The notes: generated by a model from the letters alone, not told the origin. A stretch of DNA of 56,245 bases from an uncultured virus (IMG/VR IMGVR_UViG_3300031521_000020) (IMGVR_UViG_3300031521_000020); one strand, 5' to 3'. Positions 10,149 through 20,594 are shown, counted from the stretch's first letter. Made by a program: numbers and translations.

Positions 10149-10499
10149 TTATATTTCAATTAATTTAATTGCTTCTAAAATAACATATTCACGGGCTTGT
10201 TCGTAAGTGTCAAAATTATATTCTGAATTACAAGTTTTACCCATTTTACCAAACGTAACCCAATAACCTTTACCATTAATGTGGCTAAAAATAGGACAAG
10301 CAAACACATTATGTTTAATTCTAAGCCAATCAAAAACCTGATCCCAAAGCGGAGCTAAAATTTTTGTAAGTTTCAATTCATCCATTATTTTTTCATCTTG
10401 AATGAACCCTTCTTCATCATAAACTTTAAAACAAGTTTCATTAAAACCAACTTCTTTTAATTCTAATGCTATCTCGTAATTAACAAAATATTTTTCCAT
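10149..10499 (-). CDS. hypothetical phage protein, paralog of 18606..18995
   Basis: FV.YEIAL.LKE.G...APLW.QV..WLR.KHN. Confidence 0.85.
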   Translation of the reverse strand: MEKYFVNYEIALELKEVGFNETCFKVYDEEGFIQDEKIMDELKLTKILAPLWDQVFDWLRIKHNVFACPIFSHINGKGYWVTFGKMGKTCNSEYNFDTYEQAREYVILEAIKLIEI

Positions 10500-10505
10500 A
10501 ATGAT

Positions 10506-10727
10506 TTAATTAAATTTTGGTTTTTCACATTCGTATTCAATATCGCCTTTATATTCTTCAGGGATAAGGTAACAATCGTATTCATCGGCATCAATCACTT
10601 CATTAGCTTCATCCTCTGTTAGGTGTTGTATTGAATCAATTCGATGCACAATAGTTTTATAAACACCGTCAAAATTATATTCTAAAAACGTCATGCTACC
10701 AAATAATACTGTTAATTTATTTTCCAT
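10506..10727 (-). CDS. hypothetical protein
   Basis: ORF after promoter 10765. Confidence 0.75.
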   Translation of the reverse strand: MENKLTVLFGSMTFLEYNFDGVYKTIVHRIDSIQHLTEDEANEVIDADEYDCYLIPEEYKGDIEYECEKPKFN

Positions 10728-10797
10728 ATGTTTACTTTTTATTTGCTTTAATTAATTTCTGATACAAAGATAAACCTTTACATTGGTTTATGAAAAT

Positions 10798-11091
10798 TTA
10801 ATCTGTTAAAAATTCATACACATTTTTAAGTTTCATTGGGTCACCAACAGGTTCTTGTTTCTCACGAGAGTATATGATTTTAAAATGCTTATACCTACTC
10901 GATCTTAATATCTCATCTATTTGCACAGTAGATACATCTACATTTACTATTTTAGCATATTGTAAAGCAGCATCGTAAGCATCAAGACAATTGATTGAAC
11001 CACCACCAAAATAACCTAAAGACCAAATATTTCGCTTCATAGTGGTATCGTAATATTGGTAAAAATCACCTAATTTCGTTACATCTTCCAT
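10798..11091 (-). CDS. hypothetical protein
   Basis: co-oriented ORF. Confidence 0.8.
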   Translation of the reverse strand: MEDVTKLGDFYQYYDTTMKRNIWSLGYFGGGSINCLDAYDAALQYAKIVNVDVSTVQIDEILRSSRYKHFKIIYSREKQEPVGDPMKLKNVYEFLTD

Positions 11092-11104
11092 ATTATTATA
11101 TTAT

Positions 11105-11398
11105 TTATTTTGTTTCTTTTAAAACTAATTTCCAAACTTCTCCCCTTAGGAATTTTATATTTAATGATGGTAATGCTTTTTTTGTAGCAAGTCTTACTGC
11201 TAAATTTTCGTTATCAATATCCTTTTCGTGTTTAATCACTGTTCCTGTTCCACGTAGAAACCCATTTACATACATTAAACATTGCGTTGTTTTAGGGTAA
11301 GATTTACCAACATAATACATTCTCAATGGATGCCCTGTTAAATACTCTAACCTTATTTTTATACTTTTATCAGACGTTTCATAATTTATAGTTTTCAT
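11105..11398 (-). CDS. hypothetical protein
   Basis: co-oriented ORF. Confidence 0.8.
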   Translation of the reverse strand: MKTINYETSDKSIKIRLEYLTGHPLRMYYVGKSYPKTTQCLMYVNGFLRGTGTVIKHEKDIDNENLAVRLATKKALPSLNIKFLRGEVWKLVLKETK

Positions 11399-11403
11399 AT
11401 TGA

Positions 11404-11571
11404 TTAATCTTTTAATATTATATTTTCAATTGTAGTAATAGCATCTTTAAGTTCATCAATTCTACCAACCATTTCAAAATAATAATCATCTTTATCATAA
11501 TTGTACATCCCTGATTCCAACACTTCAAGTCTATTTTCTAATATTTTTAATATTTCATCAAATTTATTCAT
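11404..11571 (-). CDS. small hypothetical protein (55 aa)
   Basis: MNKFDEIL... after promoter 11598. Confidence 0.7.
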   Translation of the reverse strand: MNKFDEILKILENRLEVLESGMYNYDKDDYYFEMVGRIDELKDAITTIENIILKD

Positions 11572-11713
11572 AATATTTCTCTTCTTTAATTATAATACAA
11601 AATTATTAAATTAATTTTAATACTGAAAATGATTTTTGTTAAATAATAGGGTATCTGTGATTTAAACTAAATTCACTATCGATGACTGTAAGTAAAAAAC
11701 CACTTCCACCCTA

Positions 11714-12028
11714 TTATAAATATTTCACCAATTCAAGTATAAATTTTTGAAATTCAACCAAAGCTAAATCACAAGTCGATTGAGTGTGAAAATTATGTTT
11801 TGAATTCATATAACCTGTCAATTCATTACAGTTATCAAATCTACAAAAAACACTAAATAATCCGCTTCCAATATTATCATCAACATATATCTCCACGTTG
11901 TTTATTTCCCCATCAACCTTATAGCTGCCATTTCTAACTGCTTCATTGATTACCTTAGCGTTATAAACTAATATCATTTTGGTAGCCGCAGTTCTAAATT
12001 TGTGATCTAATACTTTTGTAACTTTCAT
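11714..12028 (-). CDS. hypothetical protein
   Basis: start moved to MKVTK, downstream of promoter 12067. Confidence 0.8.
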   Translation of the reverse strand: MKVTKVLDHKFRTAATKMILVYNAKVINEAVRNGSYKVDGEINNVEIYVDDNIGSGLFSVFCRFDNCNELTGYMNSKHNFHTQSTCDLALVEFQKFILELVKYL

Positions 12029-12116
12029 ATTATATAGTTTATTTTGTTTTTTATTATATTGTAACACAAAGATAAATTATTTATTTCAATTATAAAAATG
12101 AAATCTGTTAATTTAA

Positions 12117-12863
12117 TTAATTGCTGGTTTTTAATTTTTTAAGCATATCTTCAAGCTTACCTATTAGCTCTTGTTTATATAATGAGTGTTCAATATTTAA
12201 TGAAGACCACTCAACTGTACTTAATATAGGTTCGAAACTATTAAAATTCAATTTATCAGCCAATTCAATATTTTGAATACCTGTCGTTAAAAATAACGGT
12301 TTCAATAAACTACTTAAAATTGAAATAATTGAATCAACATCTTTTTCGGATTTAACTGTTATATATGATTTGTTAGATGTAAATAAGTTTATAGTTATTT
12401 CATCGCTTTCATCGTATTCGGACATATCAAGTCCATTAATACGCATAGTCATTTTATTGGTTGTACATCCATAAATATCTTTTTGCTCAAAGATATATGT
12501 TTCATTCGAGCCACATACAAAACCCAAATCTTTCAGAAATTCATTCACAACAAGATAAGGAAAAACAAACGGTCTATTATTTGGGTAATAGAAATCAGAG
12601 TGATAAGGTAATGATTCAACATATTTTTTAATAACATCTTTTAAAACAGATATTGAAGTATAAAAATATTTCACTTCATTAATAGGATTTTTAATATATT
12701 CACTCGGAATAATTTTAAATCCATCACCAACTCTCTCAACTCTACAATAATATTGAATATTAAGATTTTTACCACTACCTACAATTGGATTAAAAAGTAA
12801 ATAATGATCTTTAACATAGTCTTTATTGACTGTATAGTATTCTTTTAAATCTTTTAAGTTCAT
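12117..12863 (-). CDS. hypothetical protein
   Basis: 248-aa ORF. Confidence 0.85.
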   Translation of the reverse strand: MNLKDLKEYYTVNKDYVKDHYLLFNPIVGSGKNLNIQYYCRVERVGDGFKIIPSEYIKNPINEVKYFYTSISVLKDVIKKYVESLPYHSDFYYPNNRPFVFPYLVVNEFLKDLGFVCGSNETYIFEQKDIYGCTTNKMTMRINGLDMSEYDESDEITINLFTSNKSYITVKSEKDVDSIISILSSLLKPLFLTTGIQNIELADKLNFNSFEPILSTVEWSSLNIEHSLYKQELIGKLEDMLKKLKTSN

Positions 12864-12947
12864 GATATTTTTATTTTTTGTTTAAATATAAAAAGTTTTC
12901 ATATAGCACTTTAGAAATATTTTCATCTGTTATTTTAGACAATTTTT

Positions 12948-13304
12948 TTATTGAAATTTACTTTCGTTTTCTTTATAATTTATCATATATCCCTCATATG
13001 GAATGCACAATCTATCATATAACCCTAATTTATCAAGCGTATTTATTTGTGCCTGTGATGGCTTTATTTCGATAATAGGCGTACTATAAACGGTACTTCC
13101 AACCATACACCAACCTAATTTTTCAACATACTGTTTTGCGTGGGGTACATCGGGGAATAAAGTATTTACTATTTCATAGTGTATTGAAACACATTCACGA
13201 TTCAAACTACCTTTATATTTATGTATTTTTCCACTCCTATCAATCCAATATTGAGAATTACATCTTTCAATATTATGATTTTTATTCATCTGCTTATCTG
13301 TCAT
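12948..13304 (-). CDS. hypothetical protein
   Basis: co-oriented ORF. Confidence 0.8.
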   Translation of the reverse strand: MTDKQMNKNHNIERCNSQYWIDRSGKIHKYKGSLNRECVSIHYEIVNTLFPDVPHAKQYVEKLGWCMVGSTVYSTPIIEIKPSQAQINTLDKLGLYDRLCIPYEGYMINYKENESKFQ

Positions 13305-13363
13305 AATAATATTAAGTTTGGTTTTGTTTTTATTTACTTATTAAAATCAAAATTGTTAAAAAA

Positions 13364-13708
13364 TTATTTTTCAATAATTGATTCAAAAATGTCGGGGTTC
13401 TTCTTATAAAAGGTAATAAAGTCAAATATTTCTTTAAAAAGAATTTTAATATTAAATGTTGATGCTGCGTTCATGATACCATAATCCCATTCATCCATTT
13501 CAGCTAAACATGCTAAGTTTGAACATTTTAATCCAACAGGTATTAACCAATCAAAAGATACATCAAATAATAACCTATCGAAAGTATTATCAGTCGTATA
13601 ATGCAGAGAAAGAATTTCTTCTGCATCGTACCAACCAAGTGAGGTTTTTTGCATACCAATAAATTCTGCAATAGCAATATTTTTATCTAAATTTTCATCA
13701 CCCATCAT
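13364..13708 (-). CDS. hypothetical phage protein, paralog of 6612..6977
   Basis: IAEFIG...FDVSFDWLIPV. Confidence 0.8.
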   Translation of the reverse strand: MMGDENLDKNIAIAEFIGMQKTSLGWYDAEEILSLHYTTDNTFDRLLFDVSFDWLIPVGLKCSNLACLAEMDEWDYGIMNAASTFNIKILFKEIFDFITFYKKNPDIFESIIEK

Positions 13709-13780
13709 AATATTTATGTTTTTATTTAATTTTAATACACAAAGATAGTAAAATATATTGAATAGTAAAAATGTAATTAG

Positions 13781-14071
13781 TTAATTAATTATTTTACCTA
13801 TACCGTAATCTCCGAACATATATTCAAATGGATTAATACCATTTTCAACTAATATGTTATAATATTTTTGATCTAACGGATGATAAATGTCTTCCACTTT
13901 TAAAGGAACAAAGAAATAAGGTTTATTATTAATAACTTTCATTTCAGCACATAGCAATATATCGTTTAATATATCATCTAATGTAGATTGAAGCTTTTCA
14001 CCATTATATTCATACTCAACCACATTATTTAAAAGTACCTTTTCAGCATTTGTTAACTGTATTGTTTTCAT
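13781..14071 (-). CDS. hypothetical protein
   Basis: stop in promoter TTAA. Confidence 0.8.
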   Translation of the reverse strand: MKTIQLTNAEKVLLNNVVEYEYNGEKLQSTLDDILNDILLCAEMKVINNKPYFFVPLKVEDIYHPLDQKYYNILVENGINPFEYMFGDYGIGKIIN

Positions 14072-14088
14072 AACTTATATTAGCTTAT

Positions 14089-14343
14089 TTATTTAGCTTC
14101 GTAATAAGATGGGTTATCAATTATGGACTTTTCTTTATCCATTGCATCGGATTTAGTCCTAAAATTATATGTGTGAATTATAGGTAACGAAGTAACCGTT
14201 TGTTCTTTATAAATATATAAAGTATATTTATAACTTGTCATGTATTCACTTGTTAAAGGATCGCAATTTAGTTTAGCTCTCTCATCACTTCCTTTTGGAA
14301 ATTTTGAAGCCTCAAATGTTCTTTTTTTAATTTCTGTTTTCAT
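14089..14343 (-). CDS. hypothetical protein
   Basis: co-oriented ORF. Confidence 0.75.
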   Translation of the reverse strand: MKTEIKKRTFEASKFPKGSDERAKLNCDPLTSEYMTSYKYTLYIYKEQTVTSLPIIHTYNFRTKSDAMDKEKSIIDNPSYYEAK

Positions 14344-14358
14344 ATTAATTATAATATA

Positions 14359-14571
14359 TTAAATTTCTTTAAAATTTATATTTTCACTTCTTAGAACACC
14401 CATAAGAAATAACAAAGCGGTATCTGTAGCGGTAATACCTTTCCATTGATATATTCCATTACCTAAATAGGTAGCATACCTTTCGAAATTTTTTCTATAC
14501 TTTGCTTCAATATCAACATTTTTAGGTAGTTTGCTTTCTAAATATTTTTCTCTATCATTTATGTTTATCAT
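14359..14571 (-). CDS. hypothetical protein
   Basis: ORF after promoter 14604. Confidence 0.75.
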   Translation of the reverse strand: MININDREKYLESKLPKNVDIEAKYRKNFERYATYLGNGIYQWKGITATDTALLFLMGVLRSENINFKEI

Positions 14572-14640
14572 GGTAATAATTTTTTATGTTTTTAATTACA
14601 GTACAAAGATAATATTTATTATTTACTTATGAAAATGGAA

Positions 14641-14874
14641 TTAGTTAATTTTTTCTAATTGATAAACCTCAAAATCATAAATAACATCCGAACAACTTTG
14701 ACAATACAATGATATACGACCATCACGTTCAATTGATTGAATGGTAAATTCATTTTCAGTTACCTGATACCCCTGTTCTTCTACAACTATTTTAAGTACA
14801 TCTTCGCTCAAAGCAAATGTATCTTCGTTCAACATTGCGTGAAATGCTTCTAATAACGATGTTAATTTTTTCAT
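14641..14874 (-). CDS. hypothetical protein
   Basis: co-oriented ORF. Confidence 0.75.
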   Translation of the reverse strand: MKKLTSLLEAFHAMLNEDTFALSEDVLKIVVEEQGYQVTENEFTIQSIERDGRISLYCQSCSDVIYDFEVYQLEKIN

Positions 14875-14885
14875 ATTATTTATAT

Positions 14886-15173
14886 TTATTTTAATAATTG
14901 TTTTAAAGCGTTGTTAATCCCATTTACTAAGTCTTCATTTGATAAAGTTACAAGGCAATGAAATATTAAATATCCCATATATTCAGTGTTAATATAATCA
15001 TTTACAACACCATTATCCTCAAGATTTCTTGAAAAATTATAACAATCCTCATCGGCTAATATTTTTTCAGTTATTTTTTCAATAGAAATACTATCCCAAT
15101 TATAACCCTGCTGAAGCCAAGCACTTCTACTAATATCATCGATTGTTATTATTAATTCTTTTTTCTTTTTCAT
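14886..15173 (-). CDS. hypothetical protein
   Basis: co-oriented ORF. Confidence 0.75.
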   Translation of the reverse strand: MKKKKELIITIDDISRSAWLQQGYNWDSISIEKITEKILADEDCYNFSRNLEDNGVVNDYINTEYMGYLIFHCLVTLSNEDLVNGINNALKQLLK

Positions 15174-15192
15174 ATAACATATTAGCTTTAAA

Positions 15193-15206
15193 TACTCATT
15201 TGAGTA
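15193..15206. repeat. TACTC-N4-GAGTA palindrome 2
   Basis: TACTCATTTGAGTA, intergenic. Confidence 0.85.
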
Positions 15207-15209
15207 TTG

Positions 15210-15680
15210 TTATTTAGACATTCGCTCACCATTCATAAATGCTGCTAATCTGTAAGCCTGTTGAAAGTTTTTACAATTAGCGTATTTAGGTTGATCCAAA
15301 TCAGTTAATTCTTTACCCCATACCTTACCATCAACAACCACCGAATTACCAACCGCTTCAAATTTTGACTGATTAAAAGTACGATGTTGATATAATACTT
15401 CCTTTGTTACCACATCCACAATCTTAACAATACAGTCTGATAAAATAATACCGCCACCTAATGACCTGCTATTATTAATTAGTAGTGGACATTTTGTTCC
15501 TGTTGATTTACCAACCTTACCAATAATATCATTTTCCTCATTCCAACTTTTTCCATCATCATCACCGTACCACAATCTAATTCTCCAACCGTATTCATTG
15601 GTTGCGTGTAATATTTCCATCACAGATTTTGGCGTTCCCTCGTTGAAACTCATACCCTCAAACATAATTTGCTTTTTCAT
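15210..15680 (-). CDS. conserved hypothetical phage protein
   Basis: RIRLWYGD..GKSW.EE.D..G.VG.STG..CPLLI.N.RS.GG motif recalled from phage proteins. Confidence 0.85.
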   Translation of the reverse strand: MKKQIMFEGMSFNEGTPKSVMEILHATNEYGWRIRLWYGDDDGKSWNEENDIIGKVGKSTGTKCPLLINNSRSLGGGIILSDCIVKIVDVVTKEVLYQHRTFNQSKFEAVGNSVVVDGKVWGKELTDLDQPKYANCKNFQQAYRLAAFMNGERMSK

Positions 15681-15683
15681 GCT

Positions 15684-16061
15684 TTACAAGTTTAATAATG
15701 CGTTATTAATATTCAACATTTGTTCATTAACCTTAATCATTTGTTTTCGAATGCTTTCAAGCTTTGCGTTTGTTGAGTTTTTACTAATAAAAGTGTGTTT
15801 CAATTCTTCAAACATTTTCTCTGCTTCGGGTCGGGTTGCTTCACTTACACATGAATCCCACGATTTATCCAAATGTTCAGTAAAAAGTCTAATATCAAGT
15901 TCTACCCCCTCAAACATTAAGACTATATCATATTCAGTATCTCCTGTTCTTTCAGCCTTACTTTCTATTTTATCATTGATTACCTCTTTCGTCAAGCAAT
16001 TCAAAATCATATGAGAAAGTAACGTATTTTTTTGTGTAATTTCTTTAGTTTTGATTAGCAT
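15684..16061 (-). CDS. hypothetical protein
   Basis: ORF after promoter 16105. Confidence 0.8.
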   Translation of the reverse strand: MLIKTKEITQKNTLLSHMILNCLTKEVINDKIESKAERTGDTEYDIVLMFEGVELDIRLFTEHLDKSWDSCVSEATRPEAEKMFEELKHTFISKNSTNAKLESIRKQMIKVNEQMLNINNALLNL

Positions 16062-16152
16062 ATATCAGTTTTTATTTATTTATTTTAATTTGGTTATTAT
16101 AATACAAAGATAGTGCTTTAACTTCAATTGTAAAAATGGAATTTGTTAAAAT

Positions 16153-16353
16153 TTACCAACTTCTTCGCCCACCGCTTTTTCTTTTAGCATCCTGTTCAAC
16201 GCTTTCTATATTACATTTTTTAATTAATTCATTAAAACCCTGTAAATCAACATCACCTCTAACAGTAATTCTATGTAAAAATTCAATTCTTTCAGGTAAC
16301 TCATCCATTCTGTAAATAATATTTGATAAGGCATTTAGTCCAAGTGCATCCAT
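16153..16353 (-). CDS. hypothetical protein
   Basis: co-oriented ORF. Confidence 0.7.
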   Translation of the reverse strand: MDALGLNALSNIIYRMDELPERIEFLHRITVRGDVDLQGFNELIKKCNIESVEQDAKRKSGGRRSW

Positions 16354-16356
16354 AGT

Positions 16357-16587
16357 TTAATCAATTAATTTAGTTGGTGGTTCATTAAATAAGTTCAATT
16401 CTTTCAAACAGTCATCACAAATAGAAACTTTCATACCGTTTCCATTACTTCGCATAAAAGTTGTTACCTCCTGATAAGGATAAACTAAACTATACCTTGT
16501 AACACTTAATTTACCTCTATCACAAAAGCTACAAGAAGTAGTATCTTTATAAACGTTTTCTCTTTTAATCTTCATTATTTGTATCAA
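16357..16587 (-). CDS. Zn-finger-like small protein
   Basis: CSFC...ICDDC. Confidence 0.75.
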   Translation of the reverse strand: MIQIMKIKRENVYKDTTSCSFCDRGKLSVTRYSLVYPYQEVTTFMRSNGNGMKVSICDDCLKELNLFNEPPTKLID

Positions 16588-16804
16588 TTATTTCAAAACC
16601 CATCATTGAAGCATTATCCTCTATATCGCAATTTATTTGAGATATTAGCTCTTCATTTGTTAAACTATCGCACAGTATTTTTTGAGCTTCTTCATCGGTG
16701 CAATTACATACGTTTTTTACATCATCAATATGCCAAAGGTTATCAACAAAATAACCGTTTGATTTTAAAAAATCCTTTGCTGTTTCTACTGTTAAATTTT
16801 TCAT
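16565..16804 (-). CDS. hypothetical protein
   Basis: ORF after promoter 16846. Confidence 0.8.
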   Translation of the reverse strand: MKNLTVETAKDFLKSNGYFVDNLWHIDDVKNVCNCTDEEAQKILCDSLTNEELISQINCDIEDNASMMGFEIIDTNNED

Positions 16805-16890
16805 AATGTTTTTTATTTAAATTGTTTTAATTTTTAATTGATATACAAAGATAATATTTTACTTTTGGTTATCAAAATCAAATTTGTTAA

Positions 16891-17088
16891 TTATTCAATG
16901 TCTGTATGCCCGCATCTGTTACAAGTTATATTACTGAACATTACACCACTTTGTGAATCTCCAAAATCATGAAGACCTAAAGCACATAACAGGTTACCAA
17001 TAACTATCCACCTATAAATCACTTTAGTTATTAAACATAATAAAGCTAATACAATAATACCAATACAAATCCATTGTTCAATTTCCAT
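16891..17088 (-). CDS. small membrane protein with C..GLH...C.RCG
   Basis: TM plus Cys/His motif. Confidence 0.7.
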   Translation of the reverse strand: MEIEQWICIGIIVLALLCLITKVIYRWIVIGNLLCALGLHDFGDSQSGVMFSNITCNRCGHTDIE

Positions 17089-17094
17089 AATATT

Positions 17095-17613
17095 TTATAA
17101 TTTTATACCAATTAAATTATTATTTAAAATCTTTTCGCCTTTTTCTTTTAATGTATCAACGGTCTTTTGAATCAATGACATACCAACTGGTGTACCCAAC
17201 ATTTGAGTTATAGTATAATTTTTCCAACCCGTTGAATTCCATCCATTTTCAACTTTGTAACAAATATATTTTTGGAAATCCTTTTCCATTCTATTTTTCA
17301 ATCTCGCAGCATCCCTTTCAGCCAATTTTTTTTCAACTGCTTCATCAATAAAATTTTCAAGTGAATAATTCATTTTAAAAATTTCATTATTTAATGTATA
17401 TTCTTTACAAGGCATTGACTTAAAATAATTTTCAATATCACGAATATCATCATAGCTAAATTTAGGGTATCTATTATAATCGGTATTTCCACCACGACCA
17501 TTGTTTTTTGCATATCCAACTTTTTTACCGTCAGCATAAATATCGGCATTGAAACAATAAGTTTCGTCACTATTGCCTAAACTGATTTTAATATTCTTAA
17601 TTTCTACATTCAT
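17095..17613 (-). CDS. conserved hypothetical phage protein
   Basis: SDETYCFNA..Y.DG..VG.A.N.G.GG motif recalled from phage proteins. Confidence 0.85.
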   Translation of the reverse strand: MNVEIKNIKISLGNSDETYCFNADIYADGKKVGYAKNNGRGGNTDYNRYPKFSYDDIRDIENYFKSMPCKEYTLNNEIFKMNYSLENFIDEAVEKKLAERDAARLKNRMEKDFQKYICYKVENGWNSTGWKNYTITQMLGTPVGMSLIQKTVDTLKEKGEKILNNNLIGIKL

Positions 17614-17682
17614 AATTGTTTATCATTTAAAATTCATACTACAAAGATATATCAAAATAATTATATTTGAAAATGTAATTTG

Positions 17683-18228
17683 TTAATAAAACCTTTCCCC
17701 TACTATTTTAATAGATATATCCCTTAGTGTATAATACTCATCACTATATTTTGCATCATCATCCATATATCCAATAATATTATCTCTGAAAGAAATATCT
17801 TTTTGTTTACATAAATTTAATAATAATGGTCTTAAATACTTCCAACCGCTTACCGAATATTGTGAAACATATAAAATTTCTTTACTGTATTTATGTGAAA
17901 AATAAGAAGTGAATAAATCAACCATTTTAGAACAAATACCTTTATTTAAATAGTTTTTATTTGTTGAACAATAAGAAATTGAATAGTGTTCTTCATTTGA
18001 AAAATAGGCAAATTTGGTAACTCCATAAATATGTTCTTCATCATAACAAACCACGAACACCAACGAATCATTATATTCTTTACTTCCATAAAAATGACAG
18101 CCAAAATCATCATAACTGAAATATTTAATTTGTTTTAAATCATTAACATAATTTTCTTTTGGTAAACATCCACAATAAACTAATTTAGAAAATTCACTTG
18201 CCGTCATTGATTCAGTTTTCATACCCAC
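17683..18228 (-). CDS. GNAT-like acetyltransferase (putative)
   Basis: motif-A-like STNKNYLNKGICSKM. Confidence 0.55.
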   Translation of the reverse strand: MGMKTESMTASEFSKLVYCGCLPKENYVNDLKQIKYFSYDDFGCHFYGSKEYNDSLVFVVCYDEEHIYGVTKFAYFSNEEHYSISYCSTNKNYLNKGICSKMVDLFTSYFSHKYSKEILYVSQYSVSGWKYLRPLLLNLCKQKDISFRDNIIGYMDDDAKYSDEYYTLRDISIKIVGERFY

Positions 18229-18329
18229 TTATCTTTTAAATTATTTGATATACAAAGATACATAAAAAAGAAATGCAACCAAAACAGAATATGTTAATTG
18301 ATTGCATTTATATTTATTTTTGTATTTAA

Positions 18330-18605
18330 TTAGATTGCCATTACATAAATATTTGAAATATTAGCACATGGATGTTCTGCATTTTTAGCTCGATTAAGCC
18401 AATCCTGCGCATTATCAATCATTTTTGGTAACTCTTCCAAAGTATAATCAAACTTATATTCATCAATATCTGAACCCGACATTCCAAGAAAATTATCTTC
18501 TTCATCGCACCACATGAAAATCCACGGTGTGCTATTCATTGAAGCTAATAACCTAAATCTGTTTTTACCGCTACCTAAAGCCATTTCTAAATTTAACTCT
18601 TTCAT
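18330..18605 (-). CDS. hypothetical protein
   Basis: co-oriented ORF. Confidence 0.75.
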   Translation of the reverse strand: MKELNLEMALGSGKNRFRLLASMNSTPWIFMWCDEEDNFLGMSGSDIDEYKFDYTLEELPKMIDNAQDWLNRAKNAEHPCANISNIYVMAI

Positions 18606-18995
18606 TTATTTTTTTATTAAATCTATTACTTTTAAAATAGCAGATTCACGAGCCTCGTAATAATCTGATTTTTTTGATAGTATTTTAAAATGTGACTGAA
18701 TATCACCACCCTTAAAAATATAATTTATAATTTTTTTACAATCATACCCTTCCAATACATTATATGTAATATTATAATTATGCTTTTCCCTAAGCCAATT
18801 AATAACCTGTTGCCATAGTGGGGCATTTACTTCACCAACTAAATCTATACCATTCAAATCATCGGTAGCAAAATTAACCAAAACACCCTCATTTGATATA
18901 ATGCTTTTAATGTAAACCCCAAAACAATCATCACCTATATAACCCAACTCTTTTAATAGTAAAGCAATTTCATACGTTACAAATTCTTTTTCCAT
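18606..18995 (-). CDS. hypothetical phage protein, paralog of 10149..10499
   Basis: shared motifs. Confidence 0.85.
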   Translation of the reverse strand: MEKEFVTYEIALLLKELGYIGDDCFGVYIKSIISNEGVLVNFATDDLNGIDLVGEVNAPLWQQVINWLREKHNYNITYNVLEGYDCKKIINYIFKGGDIQSHFKILSKKSDYYEARESAILKVIDLIKK

Positions 18996-19078
18996 AATTA
19001 TTTATTTTTTATAATACAAAGATATGGTTTAACACTGACATTCTAAAATATAATCTGTTAAATAAAATAATTATATAC

Positions 19079-19360
19079 TTATTTATTATTTTTAAGTACA
19101 TAAACTGTGTCAATAGGTATATATACTGAATCAACCATCTTATAACTTATTTTCATCTCGTATTGCATATTCCCTTTTAATGCATCAATTTGACCTCTTT
19201 CATATCCTAATTTATTTGGTATTAAAAATAAACAAAAACTTGACATTGAAAATATTATAGACACAAGAGTAATCGTATTAAAATTACGACCATCATAAAC
19301 CAACCAATAACCCAACCCAACTAATATAATTAATAACACTACAAATCCTAATACTTCCAT
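19079..19360 (-). CDS. 2-TM protein, paralog of 8209..8478
   Basis: shared C-terminal motif. Confidence 0.8.
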   Translation of the reverse strand: MEVLGFVVLLIILVGLGYWLVYDGRNFNTITLVSIIFSMSSFCLFLIPNKLGYERGQIDALKGNMQYEMKISYKMVDSVYIPIDTVYVLKNNK

Positions 19361-19384
19361 AATTTTTAATATTTTAATTAATTT

Positions 19385-19579
19385 TTATTCTATATCGTTT
19401 TTATAATCAGTTTCATATTTTTCCAATAGTTCAATGACATCATCAACTTCAAATTGTGGGTCATTTATCATATTGAATATTTCATCCGCTTCATGCAATG
19501 ATAAAAAATATTCTAACACTTTTATTAGCTTATCATCCGTATCATTTCGGGTATCTCTTATTTGTTGTTCATTTTTCAT
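19385..19579 (-). CDS. hypothetical protein
   Basis: co-oriented ORF. Confidence 0.7.
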   Translation of the reverse strand: MKNEQQIRDTRNDTDDKLIKVLEYFLSLHEADEIFNMINDPQFEVDDVIELLEKYETDYKNDIE

Positions 19580-20048
19580 GATAATATAAATTTTTAATAT
19601 TTATTACGTCTAATAATTTTTCACACGATTCACTGTCTTCAACAAACAAATCCATCACAATTTCTGAAAATCCACTTAATATAATTAATGTTTCTTCATC
19701 TACAGGAAAATTTTCAAATTGGTCATCCTCACCAAACTTATAAATACAAGGACTTAAATTAAATTTGTTTATGTACTTCCACATATCATCTTTAACAAGT
19801 TTACAAATCACAAGCCGTTTATAATAATCGCACTTACCCTCTGTAAAATTAGGTTTACTAATGATAGTAAAAAACTCTCCGTTATCAATAATTCTCCAAT
19901 GATTTAAACAACTTTTATCGGAACGATAATTACTTATACCCTCAACAGGACAATGATCGAACCACTCGTCTAAGCGTTCAAGGTCATAGTGTAGTTCAGT
20001 ATTTTTATCTGCAATAAAACCATCGTATATTTTAATTGAATTTTCCAT
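19569..20048 (-). CDS. hypothetical protein
   Basis: co-oriented ORF. Confidence 0.8.
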   Translation of the reverse strand: MENSIKIYDGFIADKNTELHYDLERLDEWFDHCPVEGISNYRSDKSCLNHWRIIDNGEFFTIISKPNFTEGKCDYYKRLVICKLVKDDMWKYINKFNLSPCIYKFGEDDQFENFPVDEETLIILSGFSEIVMDLFVEDSESCEKLLDVINIKNLYYHEK

Positions 20049-20070
20049 TGTATTAAATGTATTTATTAGA

Positions 20071-20084
20071 TACTCAAATGAGTA
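20071..20084. repeat. TACTC-N4-GAGTA palindrome 3
   Basis: TACTCAAATGAGTA, intergenic. Confidence 0.85.
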
Positions 20085-20091
20085 TATTTAT

Positions 20092-20295
20092 TTATAAATT
20101 ATTCTTAACCAACTCATCACCATCGAAAGATATTGATATTTCCTTTGTGTAAACTTCTGAATATTCGGGAGAAATTCCAACTGTATCTGCCTGAACTAGT
20201 TCCTGTAATTCTTTTAAATCACCACCGCCATTTGATTTTATAACCTTATCAATAATATAATTACAAAATTTTATTTCGTTTTCTGATGAGTTCAT
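20092..20295 (-). CDS. hypothetical protein; N-terminus shared with 20870..21094
   Basis: start moved to MNSSEN. Confidence 0.75.
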   Translation of the reverse strand: MNSSENEIKFCNYIIDKVIKSNGGGDLKELQELVQADTVGISPEYSEVYTKEISISFDGDELVKNNL

Positions 20296-20531
20296 AATTC
20301 TTTTCTCCATATTTTTAATAATTTCAATAATTTTTTAATTTGAACATCATCACCTATTTCAATTATTTCAATTATTTCTTGATAAGTAGGATATGATGGT
20401 ACTAATACCCAATCATTTGGTTCTGATATTAGATACTTACCTATTAAATCTTTATGATAAATTCTATTTTTTAAAAATGTAGAATATTCTGTTGATTTAC
20501 ATTTAAAATAATTTGATTCCTCTTTTATCAT
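20292..20531 (-). CDS. hypothetical protein
   Basis: ORF after promoter 20554. Confidence 0.75.
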   Translation of the reverse strand: MIKEESNYFKCKSTEYSTFLKNRIYHKDLIGKYLISEPNDWVLVPSYPTYQEIIEIIEIGDDVQIKKLLKLLKIWRKEL

Positions 20532-20594
20532 ACATTTTGTTTTAATTATAATACAAAGATAGTCTTTAACTCTGATATATGGAAATGAAATTTG

